DNA of 64,000 nucleotides from an uncultured Alphaproteobacteria bacterium (GTDB lineage Bacteria; Pseudomonadota; Alphaproteobacteria; Acetobacterales; Acetobacteraceae): NCBI GenBank assembly GCA_963756975.1, contig CAVWPS010000002.1, positions 474,507 to 538,506 of the forward strand, read 5' to 3'. Shown piece by piece: positions 41,698 to 50,910 of this stretch (position 1 is its first letter; each line of letters starts with the position of its first letter). The notes under the pieces were generated by a model. It saw only the letters and a program-made list of their open reading frames with translations, ran no database searches and was not told where the DNA came from. The position numbers and the translations under genes were made by a program.

Positions 41698-44600
41698 CTA
41701 ACCCATCGTACGAGCGTCGATCTTGGATGTGGGTTTCGTGTGCATCACGGACCGGGTGTCCGCAAGCGGGGCACGTGCGATAAACGCGTTATTGAGCGCG
41801 CCCGGCGGCATCCCGAGCGGCAGCAGCCAGCCGCGACCGCTCGCGCGGACCCGGGCCGCCTGCGCGCCGATGTCGAATGCCGCGACCGATAGCCCGCCCG
41901 CCCACAGATCGGTCAGGGCGTAGCACCAGGTCTCCGGCCAGATCGACGACAGGAAGCCGAACGCGGCCTTCTGGGCCCGGATCAGACCGGCGACCTCGGG
42001 CCGCTTGAACGGCCCGGTGATCGAAACCCGGCCGGTGTCGAGCAGGCGGGCATCGTCGAACGTGTGGCCGACGATCCGGAACGACAGCGGAAGATCGCGT
42101 TGCGCCGCGTCCCGCGCGCAGGCGAGCAGCACGTCGTAACCCTTTTCGATCCCGATCGCGCCGACGACGCATACCCGCACCGCAGCCTGATTGTACGCGG
42201 TCGGCTCCCACTGCGGATCGGCTTCATGCGGCAGCACGACCGGCACCACCTGCGGGAAATGCCGCCGCAGCCGGGCCGCGCCGTCCGCCGTCGGGACCAG
42301 CACGCGCGACGCGCCCATAAGGTCGAACGTCGACCGCGCCACCAGCTCCGGCGGCTCGACCGGCTCCTCGAGCCGGCTGCCATGATCGGCGACGCACTGG
42401 ACGCAGCCGGCGACGTTCGGCTCGCCGCAATAGCGCCCGGAGGCGACCGTCGTCACCCGGGCGCAGAACCAGGCATGGTCGTGCACCATCAGCTCGTATG
42501 GCAGGCCGAGTTTGTCGGGCAGCGTCATCACCGCATGGTCGTGCCCGTGCAGGTGATGCACCTCGACCGCGTCGGTGCCGAGCGCGCGCAACGTCTCCGC
42601 GACGTTTTCGATCTCATCCGTGCCAAACAGCAGGTTTGGAAAGTCCCCGTGCGCCGGCGCGTCGATGTCGAGCCGGCACAGCCCCGGCGTGTAGCGACGT
42701 TCGAGATCGTCGCGCTGTTCGGCCGGGCGCATGTCGATCACCGGGCGCAGCACCACCGCCCGCCGCCCCTCCGCCCGAAGGACCGATGCGCGCGCCTCGA
42801 TGAAACGCTCCACGCCGCCGCCACCGTCATGGGTGATCAGCAGCGTCGTCGGCGCACGCTCCAGCCGCGCGAGATCGAGCGCGCGCCGGATATCACGCAG
42901 CGGGTCTTGCGCGATCCACTGCCCGACCGCCGCGCGCCAGCCGGGGTGCAGCCGCTCCAAATTCTCGAGGTTGCGCGCGATCAGCGATGCGCGGGCGGTG
43001 CCGAACGAGCGCCCGCCGACATGGGCCACGAACGCGCCGGGCACGACCACGTGCCGCCAGCCGAGATGACGGGCGCGCAGACACCAGTCGTTCTCCTCGC
43101 CGTAGCCCTGCGCGAACACGTCCTCGCGGAAGACGCCGGTCTGGGCGAGGCATTCGCGGCGGATGTACATGCAGAACCCGACCGCTGTCGGCACGTCCAC
43201 CACCACGCCGGCGGCCACGCGCGCGCACAGCGCCGCAATCGCGTCCGGATCGTCCGGCATCGGCGCGCCATCGGCGTCCGGATACGACACGATGCTGCCG
43301 TCGTTGGAGAACGGCGTGGCGCTGCCGATCCCGGGGGAGGCATGCACCGCGCGCCGCAACACGTCGAGCCACCCCGGCGTGGGCACGGTGTCGCTGTTGA
43401 GCAGCACGATATCCGCGTCCGGGTCGGCCACGACCGCCGCGCGCATGCCGACATTGGCGGCGGCCGGGAAGCCCGCGTTCCGCGCCACCCGGTGCAGCAC
43501 GATCGATCCCGCCTCGACCCGCTCGTCGAGCAACGCGCGCAAATCGGCCTCGGGCGATGCGTCGTCGACGACATGCACGATCGAGCCCGGCACGGTTTCG
43601 GCGAGCGCGTCCAGGCACGCCCTGGTCTCGGCGGCTCCCCGGTAGGCCGGAATGACGATCGTGACCGGCCGCCCGGCATCGTCGCCGGCGGGCCGCGCGG
43701 CGACATCGGCGGCGGCCGGGATCGTCACCGGAACGGGCGAATCCGACAGCGCCCGGTCCAGCGCCGAGGCGAATGGCGGCCCGCGCATCGGCCAGAGCCG
43801 GGCGGTCGCCGCGGCCACCATCGCCGCCCGCGCCGGCTCCCGGCCGGGATTGACCGGCGATCCGGTGAGCGACTGCCCGTCTTCCGTCGCGACATGCAGC
43901 GCGCCGCGCGACCAGGATAGCGTCCGGGCCGGAACCTCGAAGCTCCTGGGTTGCATCAGGGCGCGCGATCCGGCGACGTCGAAGCCGTCGGCGATGACCA
44001 TGATGCTCTCGCCCGATCCGGAGACGAGCAGTCTCGGCTCGCGCGCCGGCGCCGCCGGATACCAGGCCCAGCCCCGCAGCCCGCCATCGAACGGCTCGAC
44101 CCATCCCTCGATCCGGCGCTGCCGCGACACCGCGATCGGGCTGCCCAGCAGGTCGCGACCACCGCTCGTCACCCGTGCCTCGACGGTCCCGGCCGGCACC
44201 TCGCCGGCCCCGCCGCGAACGCGCTGCCCGTCATAGGTCACGACCGCCTTGGCCGAACCCGCCACGCGAACCAGCAGGCGCCCGTCGGTCGACAGCGCGC
44301 ACCAGCCGGGCAGACCGCCCATGGCCGCGATCCGCGCGAGCAACGCCACCGGGCCACTCACCTCGTCGATCGAAAACCGCGACAGCAGGACCGAGGCAGC
44401 CTCGGCCGCGTGGGCCGCGTCGCCCGCCCGCGCATGGGCCGCCGCGAGACCGAGCCACGCCGCCTGCGCGTCCCATTCGAGGGCCACTTCGGCGAACAGG
44501 TCCGCCGCCGCCGGGAGATCGCCCCGGGTCAGCCGTAGGGTCGCGAGCGAGAGTTTGGCCGTCCCGTCCGTCGGCGCGTTCCGGAGCGCGCGATCGAGCC

Positions 44601-44832
44601 ACTCGTCCGCCGTGTCGAGGTCGCCGGCCGCGAACGCCTTGTGGCCGCGCTCCAGCGCCTCAAGCGCGAGCGCCGCTTGCGGGCCGGGCTTGGTCGCGGA
44701 ACGCCGGTCCGCCGCCGCCCGGTCGGCGGGCGAAAGGTCGAAGGGGGAGGCGGTCGAAGGCGCGGGATCGGGCAGCCTAGTCTCCGCCGGTGCCGGTCGG
44801 ACGAAGCGTCTGGGCGGTTTCGGCCGTCGCAC
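41698..44832 (-). CDS. Multidomain glycosyltransferase: N-terminal TPR region + GT2 (GT-A) domain + C-terminal GT4 (GT-B) domain
   Basis: 1044 aa. TPR-like helices at the N-terminus. GT2 signatures VTIVIPAYRGAAETRACLDAL and VHVVDDASPE, plus a DxD in LNSDTV. C-terminal GT-B region VCVVGAIGIEKGYDVLL...GFLSSIWPETWCYALTDLWAGGLSVAAFDIGAQAARV. The start overlaps the Sel1 gene's stop by ~55 nt, so the true start may be downstream. Confidence 0.7.
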   Translation of the reverse strand: MRRPKPPRRFVRPAPAETRLPDPAPSTASPFDLSPADRAAADRRSATKPGPQAALALEALERGHKAFAAGDLDTADEWLDRALRNAPTDGTAKLSLATLRLTRGDLPAAADLFAEVALEWDAQAAWLGLAAAHARAGDAAHAAEAASVLLSRFSIDEVSGPVALLARIAAMGGLPGWCALSTDGRLLVRVAGSAKAVVTYDGQRVRGGAGEVPAGTVEARVTSGGRDLLGSPIAVSRQRRIEGWVEPFDGGLRGWAWYPAAPAREPRLLVSGSGESIMVIADGFDVAGSRALMQPRSFEVPARTLSWSRGALHVATEDGQSLTGSPVNPGREPARAAMVAAATARLWPMRGPPFASALDRALSDSPVPVTIPAAADVAARPAGDDAGRPVTIVIPAYRGAAETRACLDALAETVPGSIVHVVDDASPEADLRALLDERVEAGSIVLHRVARNAGFPAAANVGMRAAVVADPDADIVLLNSDTVPTPGWLDVLRRAVHASPGIGSATPFSNDGSIVSYPDADGAPMPDDPDAIAALCARVAAGVVVDVPTAVGFCMYIRRECLAQTGVFREDVFAQGYGEENDWCLRARHLGWRHVVVPGAFVAHVGGRSFGTARASLIARNLENLERLHPGWRAAVGQWIAQDPLRDIRRALDLARLERAPTTLLITHDGGGGVERFIEARASVLRAEGRRAVVLRPVIDMRPAEQRDDLERRYTPGLCRLDIDAPAHGDFPNLLFGTDEIENVAETLRALGTDAVEVHHLHGHDHAVMTLPDKLGLPYELMVHDHAWFCARVTTVASGRYCGEPNVAGCVQCVADHGSRLEEPVEPPELVARSTFDLMGASRVLVPTADGAARLRRHFPQVVPVVLPHEADPQWEPTAYNQAAVRVCVVGAIGIEKGYDVLLACARDAAQRDLPLSFRIVGHTFDDARLLDTGRVSITGPFKRPEVAGLIRAQKAAFGFLSSIWPETWCYALTDLWAGGLSVAAFDIGAQAARVRASGRGWLLPLGMPPGALNNAFIARAPLADTRSVMHTKPTSKIDARTMG

Positions 44833-46594
44833 GGGCCGCTGGGGGCATCGCGGCCGCGGGCGGCAGCGCGTCCAGATCGATCTGCGCCTCGGTCAGCCCC
44901 TGCGCCAGCGCCCGGCCGAGCCAGAGGCGCGCCTCGGCCGCGTCGGTCGTCCCGGCGAGACCGCGCGCCAGATACCGTCCGTACATCAGCTGCGCGTGCG
45001 GGTGCGAGCGCTCGGCCGCCGCGCGGAACCAGATCTGCGCCTCGGCCCGGTTCCACGGCACTTCGTGCCCGCCGCCGTGCATCGCGCCGAGCGCGAACAT
45101 CGCGCCGACATGGCCTTTGGTCGCGGCCTGCCGGAACAGCTCGAGCGCCGCCGGGTGGTCCTTCGGCCCGCCGCGCCCGTTGACCATCAATTCGGCCAGC
45201 GCCACCTGCGCGTCGAGCATGCCGAACCCGGCCGCCTTGCCGAGCCACACCCGCGCCTGCCCGACATCGGCCGGGGTGCCGCGCCCCTCGATCAGCATCC
45301 GCCCGTACCAATACTGGGCGTTGACGACGCCGTCGGCCGCGCGCCGGAGCCATTGCACCGCCTGCGCGTCGTCGCGCGCGATGCCAACGCCCTCGGCGAG
45401 GCAGATGCCGTAATTGAACGCCGCCACCAGATCGCCCGCGGTCGCCGCCTGCTCGAACCACTCGCGGATTTTGACGCCGTGCTCGGGATCGGCTTTGCCC
45501 TGCAGCACGAGATTGGCCAGATCCTGCTGCGCGTTGATGTCGCCCGCGTCGGCGCTGATGCGGAACCAGCGCGCCGCTTCCTGCGGGTCGCGCGGCAATC
45601 CGGCCCCGGTCAAGTAGAGCAGGCCGAGCGCCCGCGCCGCCGTCTTATGGCCCGCTTCGGCCGCGCGGCGAAACCACTGCGCCGCCTCGGCATGGTTCGG
45701 CGGCAACTCGCCGCCGCGCGCGTACATGTCGCCGATCAGGGCGGCGGCCTCGGGATCGCCCTGCAACGCCGCGCGTCGCAACCAGCTCTCGCCCTCCTGA
45801 AGGTCGCGCTCGACACCCTGGCCCGTCGTCAGCGCCAGGCCGTATCGCGCCTGCGCCGAGCGGACGCCCTTTTTCGCCGCCTCGTGATACAGCGCCGCCG
45901 CCCGGCTGAGGTCCTGCGGCATGCCGCGCCCCTGCTCGGACAGCACGCCCAGCAGGTATTCCGCCGTGCCGAGGCCGGACGCCGCCGCGCGCTCCAGCTG
46001 CGGGACGATCGGCAGGTAATCGTCCTGGGTCCGCGCCTCGCGCAACAACGCGAGCGCGAACCCGAGATGGCCCTGTGGGCAATCCGCCTCGGCCGACAGG
46101 CGATACAGCTCCCGCGCCGCGGCCAGGTCGCGCATGTCTTCGGGCCCGGACGTCAGGATGAACGCGAGCAGCGCCTGGCCGTCCGCCGATCCGGCGTCCG
46201 CCGCGCGACGCGCCCATACGGCGGCCCGCTTCGGGTCGGGCGCCAATTCGCTGCGCGCGGAGCCGAACAGGGTCGGCGCGCCGGTTTGCGCGGACACGCC
46301 GCCGGTCACCCCGTGCAGCAGCATCGCCCCGAGCAGCGATTGCGCCTCGACATAGCCACGGTTCGCGGCCTTTTCGAGCCAGCGCGCGGCCTCGACCCCG
46401 CTGGGCGGGACGCCGGCCCCGTCGAGGTAGGCCCGGGCCAGCAGGAACTCCGCCTCCGCCAGGCCGGTGCCCGCCGCGCGCGCCAGCAGCGGGAACGCCT
46501 CGACCCGCTTGCCCGCCGCGATCAGCTTCTCGGCGCGCTTGAACGCGCCGCCCGCCGACAGCATCGACTCGCCGAGGCGGCCAAGCAGCGCCAT
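44777..46594 (-). CDS. Sel1-like repeat (SLR/TPR-like) protein, ~13 repeats, no N-terminal signal peptide
   Basis: 605 aa. Iterated AxxWxxKAAxxGxxxAQxxLGxMY units, for example AARWLEKAANRGYVEAQSLLGAML and AVQWLRRAADGVVNAQYWYGRML. An unstructured C-terminal tail follows (ALPPAAAMPPAARATAETAQTLRPTGTGGD). Confidence 0.8.
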   Translation of the reverse strand: MALLGRLGESMLSAGGAFKRAEKLIAAGKRVEAFPLLARAAGTGLAEAEFLLARAYLDGAGVPPSGVEAARWLEKAANRGYVEAQSLLGAMLLHGVTGGVSAQTGAPTLFGSARSELAPDPKRAAVWARRAADAGSADGQALLAFILTSGPEDMRDLAAARELYRLSAEADCPQGHLGFALALLREARTQDDYLPIVPQLERAAASGLGTAEYLLGVLSEQGRGMPQDLSRAAALYHEAAKKGVRSAQARYGLALTTGQGVERDLQEGESWLRRAALQGDPEAAALIGDMYARGGELPPNHAEAAQWFRRAAEAGHKTAARALGLLYLTGAGLPRDPQEAARWFRISADAGDINAQQDLANLVLQGKADPEHGVKIREWFEQAATAGDLVAAFNYGICLAEGVGIARDDAQAVQWLRRAADGVVNAQYWYGRMLIEGRGTPADVGQARVWLGKAAGFGMLDAQVALAELMVNGRGGPKDHPAALELFRQAATKGHVGAMFALGAMHGGGHEVPWNRAEAQIWFRAAAERSHPHAQLMYGRYLARGLAGTTDAAEARLWLGRALAQGLTEAQIDLDALPPAAAMPPAARATAETAQTLRPTGTGGD

Positions 46595-46625
46595 CAGACG
46601 AAGCCCACCGAAACGCCGTTCCGAC

Positions 46626-48071
46626 TCACGGCTCGCGCATACCCGTCGTGAAGGTCGGCGCGACGCGGGCCAGCAGATACTGCAGCACCGAGCGCTGGCC
46701 GACTTTGATGTCCGCCATGACCGGCATGCCCGGCTGAAGGCGGAACGACGGGGGCACGTTGATCAGCTTCATATGATCCAGCGAAATCCGGGCGCGGAAA
46801 TAGGTCGTCTGCGACTCCGTGGGTGCCGACGGGTCGGTCGACGGAGCCTGCAGCTGCGGGCTCTGCGTCGGCGCGGTGAAGCTGTCCGCGCTGATATACT
46901 GCACGGTCCCTTCGGCCGTCCCGTACAGCATGAACGGCAGCGTCGCGAACTTGATCGTCGCTGGGTCGCCGACCTTGGTGAACCCGATCTCGTCGGTTTG
47001 GATGTCGGCGGTGATGCCGAGCGGCGCGTCGGCCGGCACCAGGCGAATGAACTCGTCGCCGCTTTGCATGACGGTCCCGACCGATACCCGCGCGATGCTC
47101 AGCACGATCGCGTCTTCCGGCGCGTGCAGTTCGACCAGGCCATGACGCACGGTGTTGTGGATCGCCTGCCCGGTCATGTCCGACAGCAAGCGCTCCTGCT
47201 GGATCAGTTGTTGCGACGTGTCGGAGTGCCACTGGTGGATGTAATCCGCGAGATCGGACGTGGCGCTCGCCAAATCCTGCGTCGCGCCCCGCTCCGCCGC
47301 CTGCGCGTCGGCCAGGGTCGACTGCATCTGCAGCACCGCGTCCTTGGCCGTCAGCGTGTTCAGATGGCTGCCGACCTGAAGGTGCTCGAGCTCGACGCGG
47401 CGCGCCTCGGCATCGCGCAACCCGACAAGACGATCCGCCGCCGATTTCGCGTCGCCGTGCGCCGCATCCACCTTGGCGCGCGCGGATTCGATTTTCTGGG
47501 TCAGGCTGTCGACGTGATAGCGATACTCCTGGGTGCGCTGAATATACATCGACGCCATCAGGTTGCCGTAAACCGAGCCGTCCGTGACATACGGCTTCCC
47601 ATCGAGTTCCGCGCGCAACCGCGCCACCTCCGCCGCCAGGCTCGCCTGCTGTGCCGCCGTGCTCTTGTCGTCGCCCGCGACCACCGTCGGATCGAGCGAG
47701 GCGAGCACATCGCCCTTATGGACCAGCTGTCCGTCGTGCACGTTGATCGAGCGGACGATCGAGACTTCGAGCGGTTGCAGCACGATGTTCGGCGTCAGCG
47801 ACACCACCGAGCCGTCAGCCGTCACCACCTGATCGACTTGCACGAGGGCGAGCAGCGCCACGATGCACGCCAGCATCGAGGCGAGAATCCAGACCAGCGC
47901 CCGCGACATGAACGGGATCGGCGCCGCGATCAGGGCGGCGGTCGGCGACTGGAATTCCAGCATCGCGATCTGGTTGTGATCGCTCGTCTGCCGCGCGAGG
48001 GCGCGTCGCGACGGCTTCTTTTCGCGAAGGGCGATCTCGTTGCTTTTCGGCGAACTAATCATTGAATCCAA
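46626..48071 (-). CDS. HlyD family type I secretion periplasmic adaptor (membrane fusion protein)
   Basis: 481 aa. A single N-terminal TM (LVWILASMLACIVALLALV), a long coiled coil, and C-terminal beta/lipoyl domains (VMADIKVGQRSVLQYLL). Confidence 0.85.
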   Translation of the reverse strand: MDSMISSPKSNEIALREKKPSRRALARQTSDHNQIAMLEFQSPTAALIAAPIPFMSRALVWILASMLACIVALLALVQVDQVVTADGSVVSLTPNIVLQPLEVSIVRSINVHDGQLVHKGDVLASLDPTVVAGDDKSTAAQQASLAAEVARLRAELDGKPYVTDGSVYGNLMASMYIQRTQEYRYHVDSLTQKIESARAKVDAAHGDAKSAADRLVGLRDAEARRVELEHLQVGSHLNTLTAKDAVLQMQSTLADAQAAERGATQDLASATSDLADYIHQWHSDTSQQLIQQERLLSDMTGQAIHNTVRHGLVELHAPEDAIVLSIARVSVGTVMQSGDEFIRLVPADAPLGITADIQTDEIGFTKVGDPATIKFATLPFMLYGTAEGTVQYISADSFTAPTQSPQLQAPSTDPSAPTESQTTYFRARISLDHMKLINVPPSFRLQPGMPVMADIKVGQRSVLQYLLARVAPTFTTGMREP

Positions 48072-48128
48072 CTCTCCTGCACGGGCGAGGTCCGCTCGGC
48101 GTCGCTGCGAAACGTCACGGCCGACGGC

Positions 48129-50471
48129 TTAGTCCGCGGTGGCCTGGGTCATGACGGCCGGGGCGCCGCCACGCGGCATGCCACCGGTCTCCAGATGCCG
48201 GTTCTGCTGCATCCAGAGCTGCCGGTAGATCGAGCATCGCTCCAGCAGGACCACGTGCGGAGCCATGTCCACCACCGCACCGCGGTCGAGCACCAGGATC
48301 TGGTCGCAATCCGTCAGCGACGACAGGCGATGGGACACGATCACCATTGTCCGGTTGGCCGCGATCCGCTGCAGGTTCGCGTTGACCAAAGCCTCGCTCT
48401 CGGGGTCCAGCGCGCTGGTCGCCTCGTCGAGGATCAACAGCCTCGGATCGTGGATCAGCGCGCGCGCGATGGCGAGGCGCTGACGCTGACCGCCCGACAG
48501 GTTGGGCGAGCCTTCCTCGATCCACGTCTCGTAGCCGTTCGGCATGCGCTCGATGAACTCCTCGGCACCGGCCAGGCGGGCGGCCCGCACGGCGTCGCTG
48601 AGTGTCAAACCCGGGCGGCCGGCGATGATGTTCTCGCGGATCGTGCCGCGGAACAGGAAGTTCTCCTGCAGCACGACGCCGAACGACCGGCGCATGTGGC
48701 CGAGGTTGATCTCGCGCATGTCGGTCGCGTCGAGCCGGACGAAGCCCTCGTAGTCGCGCGTGATGCCCTGCAGCAGCCGGGTCACGGTCGACTTGCCCGA
48801 ACCGGACCGGCCGACGAGACCGAGCATCGTGCCGGCCGGAATGTCGAACGACACGCCGTCGAGGGCCTTCGTTTTCGTGTTCGGATAGCTGTAGTTGACG
48901 CTCTTGAACGACACCGCCCCGGCGATCTGCGGCCGCAACCCCGCTCCCGGGTTGAGGCTTTCGGGCGGGTTGTTCAGCACGCCGGCGACCAGGGCCACCG
49001 CGACGCGCACCTCCTGGAAATCCTCCATCACGCGCGCCAGGCCGGCCAGCGGCGACGCGACACGGCCGGACAGCATCATGAACGCCATCAGGCTGCCGGT
49101 ATCGATCGCGTCCTTCGACCCAAGGGCGAGCGCCACGCCGATCAGCAGCACGCCACGGCTCATGAAGCCTTCGATCGGCGTGATGATCGTCTGCGGCCAG
49201 TTGGCCACCCGCATCGAGTCGAGCTTGCGCTGCGTGGAAAGCGCGGTCCGCTTGTCCCAGAGCTCGCGCTGCTGCGGCTCGAGCGCGAGCGACTTCACCG
49301 TGCGAATGCCGTGGATACTCTCGATCAGCACGCTGCTCTTTTGCGTCTCGGCCGCGATGTACAGCGAGATCGCGCGGCTCACCGGACCCAGGAACGTCAT
49401 GATCACGATCGCGATCAGGCCGCCGCAGATCACCGTCATCCAGGTCAGCAGCGGCTGCAGCAGGAACAGCACCGGCAGCAGCACGAACAGGCTGATCATG
49501 TCGAGCATGACCTGCACCATTTTGCCGGTCAGGAAGTCGCGAACCTTGTTCACCTGCATCAGGTGATGGGTGATCACGCCGGCCTGCTCGCGCTCGAAGA
49601 AGTCGAGCGGCAAGCCGAGCAGGCGCTTGAAGACGTGCAAGCTCAGCTTCGCGTCGACGCGCGCGCCGACGACCGAAATCATCTCACGCCGCGAATAACC
49701 GATGACGGTGTCGTACAGCAGCATGATGGCGATGAAGCCGGAGATCATGACCAGGGTGGAGACGCTGTGATGGGTCAGCACCTTGTCGATCACCGTCATG
49801 ACGACGAGCGGCGGAAGGATCGTCAGGAAGCTCAGCACGACCGACGCGATCATCACGTCGCGGAGCGTCTTCTTCTCCATCATGACGATGCGCCCGAGCC
49901 AGCCGACCGTGAACGGCGCCGTATCGTCGGTCTGCTCGCGCTCGGATCGGACCAGCAGCGCCTCGCCGGCCCAGACCTGCGACAGGCGCAACTCGTCCAC
50001 CGCGATCGGCGGCTCTCCGGACGGCGCGCGCGGGTCGCGCAGCCAGACCACGTTGCGGGCGGCATCGGAGGTGGCGAGGATCGCGGCGCTGCCGTCCGTG
50101 AGCAGCAGCACGATCGGCGACGCGCTCTCGACCTTCATCAGCTGGTTCCAGCGCAGCCGGACCGCCTTGGCCCACAGGCCGCCGTCCCGGATCCACCGCA
50201 CCAGCGTCACCGGCGTCGGGCTTTCGCCGCGCGGGTACCGCAGCAACTCGCGGTCGACCTCCATGTGATGGAAGCGGGCTACCTGGTCGATCGCGAGAAG
50301 GCGTGTCTCCAGCGCATAGGCGGCGGCATCCATCCCCACGGGGGCAGCCTCGTCGGAGCCCTCTGGCCGATCACCCTCTGGCCGATCACCCTCTCGCCGA
50401 TCAATCGTCTCACTCACGATCCGCAATCCTCCCGCTGGCCGTCCGGTGACACTCGCCGCGAACGGATACAC
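48129..50471 (-). CDS. Type I secretion system permease/ATPase (ABC exporter with N-terminal C39-like domain lacking the catalytic Cys)
   Basis: 780 aa. The N-terminal domain AIDQVARFHHMEVDRELL...IVLLLTDGSAAIL resembles a C39 peptidase but has no conserved Cys, as in HlyB-type exporters. A six-TM core follows, then an NBD (GRSGSGKST, LSGGQRQRLAIARAL, LILDEATSALD). The first ~46 codons contain a 3x15-bp tandem repeat; an alternative start is MDAAAY at 50333. Confidence 0.85.
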   Translation of the reverse strand: MYPFAASVTGRPAGGLRIVSETIDRREGDRPEGDRPEGSDEAAPVGMDAAAYALETRLLAIDQVARFHHMEVDRELLRYPRGESPTPVTLVRWIRDGGLWAKAVRLRWNQLMKVESASPIVLLLTDGSAAILATSDAARNVVWLRDPRAPSGEPPIAVDELRLSQVWAGEALLVRSEREQTDDTAPFTVGWLGRIVMMEKKTLRDVMIASVVLSFLTILPPLVVMTVIDKVLTHHSVSTLVMISGFIAIMLLYDTVIGYSRREMISVVGARVDAKLSLHVFKRLLGLPLDFFEREQAGVITHHLMQVNKVRDFLTGKMVQVMLDMISLFVLLPVLFLLQPLLTWMTVICGGLIAIVIMTFLGPVSRAISLYIAAETQKSSVLIESIHGIRTVKSLALEPQQRELWDKRTALSTQRKLDSMRVANWPQTIITPIEGFMSRGVLLIGVALALGSKDAIDTGSLMAFMMLSGRVASPLAGLARVMEDFQEVRVAVALVAGVLNNPPESLNPGAGLRPQIAGAVSFKSVNYSYPNTKTKALDGVSFDIPAGTMLGLVGRSGSGKSTVTRLLQGITRDYEGFVRLDATDMREINLGHMRRSFGVVLQENFLFRGTIRENIIAGRPGLTLSDAVRAARLAGAEEFIERMPNGYETWIEEGSPNLSGGQRQRLAIARALIHDPRLLILDEATSALDPESEALVNANLQRIAANRTMVIVSHRLSSLTDCDQILVLDRGAVVDMAPHVVLLERCSIYRQLWMQQNRHLETGGMPRGGAPAVMTQATAD
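50359..50403. repeat. Tandem repeat 3 x 15 bp (CCCTCTGGCCGATCA), in frame (EGDRP x3 on the minus strand) at the 5' end of the T1SS ABC ORF
   Basis: Copies at 50359-50373, 50374-50388 and 50389-50403 (one mismatch). Confidence 0.7.
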
Positions 50472-50573
50472 TCCGCTCCGGCCCGAATTTCTTCCCTAGA
50501 GGTGAAGCATCCGTAATGGTGCTCGCGTTTCGACGTCATACGTACGCCGCCGGTCTCATTTGATCGCCGCGTA

Positions 50574-50887
50574 TCATGGTGAGGCTAAAGTGGGAAGCAA
50601 ATCCGCCGTGACTGGGCGGAACCGCGCCGCGCACAGGACATCGGCGGCGAGCATGGCTGCGATTGCGTCCGGAGTGGTTCCCGAAACGTAAACACCTCTC
50701 AGGTCGCGACCATCGCGCGCCGCCGCCAGCCACATCGCGCCGAGTGTCCGCGACAATGGTCCGCGCGGCACGCAGCACGCGCAGCCGGACGCGACATGCG
50801 GACCCGCCGCGACCTCGACGGTCTCCCAGCCATCCGGTGCCGCGAGCCCGGTTACCGCCGCCGCGACAGGCACGCGGCCTTCCTCAG
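50574..50887 (-). CDS. Hypothetical small Cys-containing protein (~104 aa)
   Basis: MSTMAEEGRVPVAAAVTGLAAPDGWETVEVAAGPHVASGCACCVPRGPLSRTLGAMWL...DVLCAARFRPVTADLL contains a GCACC motif. It is the tail of the long antisense ORF 50574..51599. Divergent from the ArsR-methyltransferase gene and upstream of the T1SS ABC gene. No convincing RBS. Confidence 0.3.
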
Positions 50888-50894
50888 CCATTGT

Positions 50895-50910
50895 AGACAT
50901 AAAGATGTCT
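50895..50910. promoter_or_regulatory. Perfect palindrome AGACAT-AAAG-ATGTCT in an AT-rich patch; candidate ArsR-family operator
   Basis: A 6-4-6 inverted repeat in the divergent intergenic region, overlapping the first ATG (50905) of the ArsR-methyltransferase ORF. If the true start is MDELL (50928), the site lies ~20 nt upstream. Confidence 0.4.

Noticed and set aside
48129-48300. Catalytic C39 bacteriocin-processing peptidase in the ABC exporter, and the 104-aa upstream ORF as its double-glycine-leader substrate
   Set aside because: The N-domain lacks the conserved catalytic Cys (it is a C39-like domain). The small ORF has no LSxxELxxIxGG-type leader.
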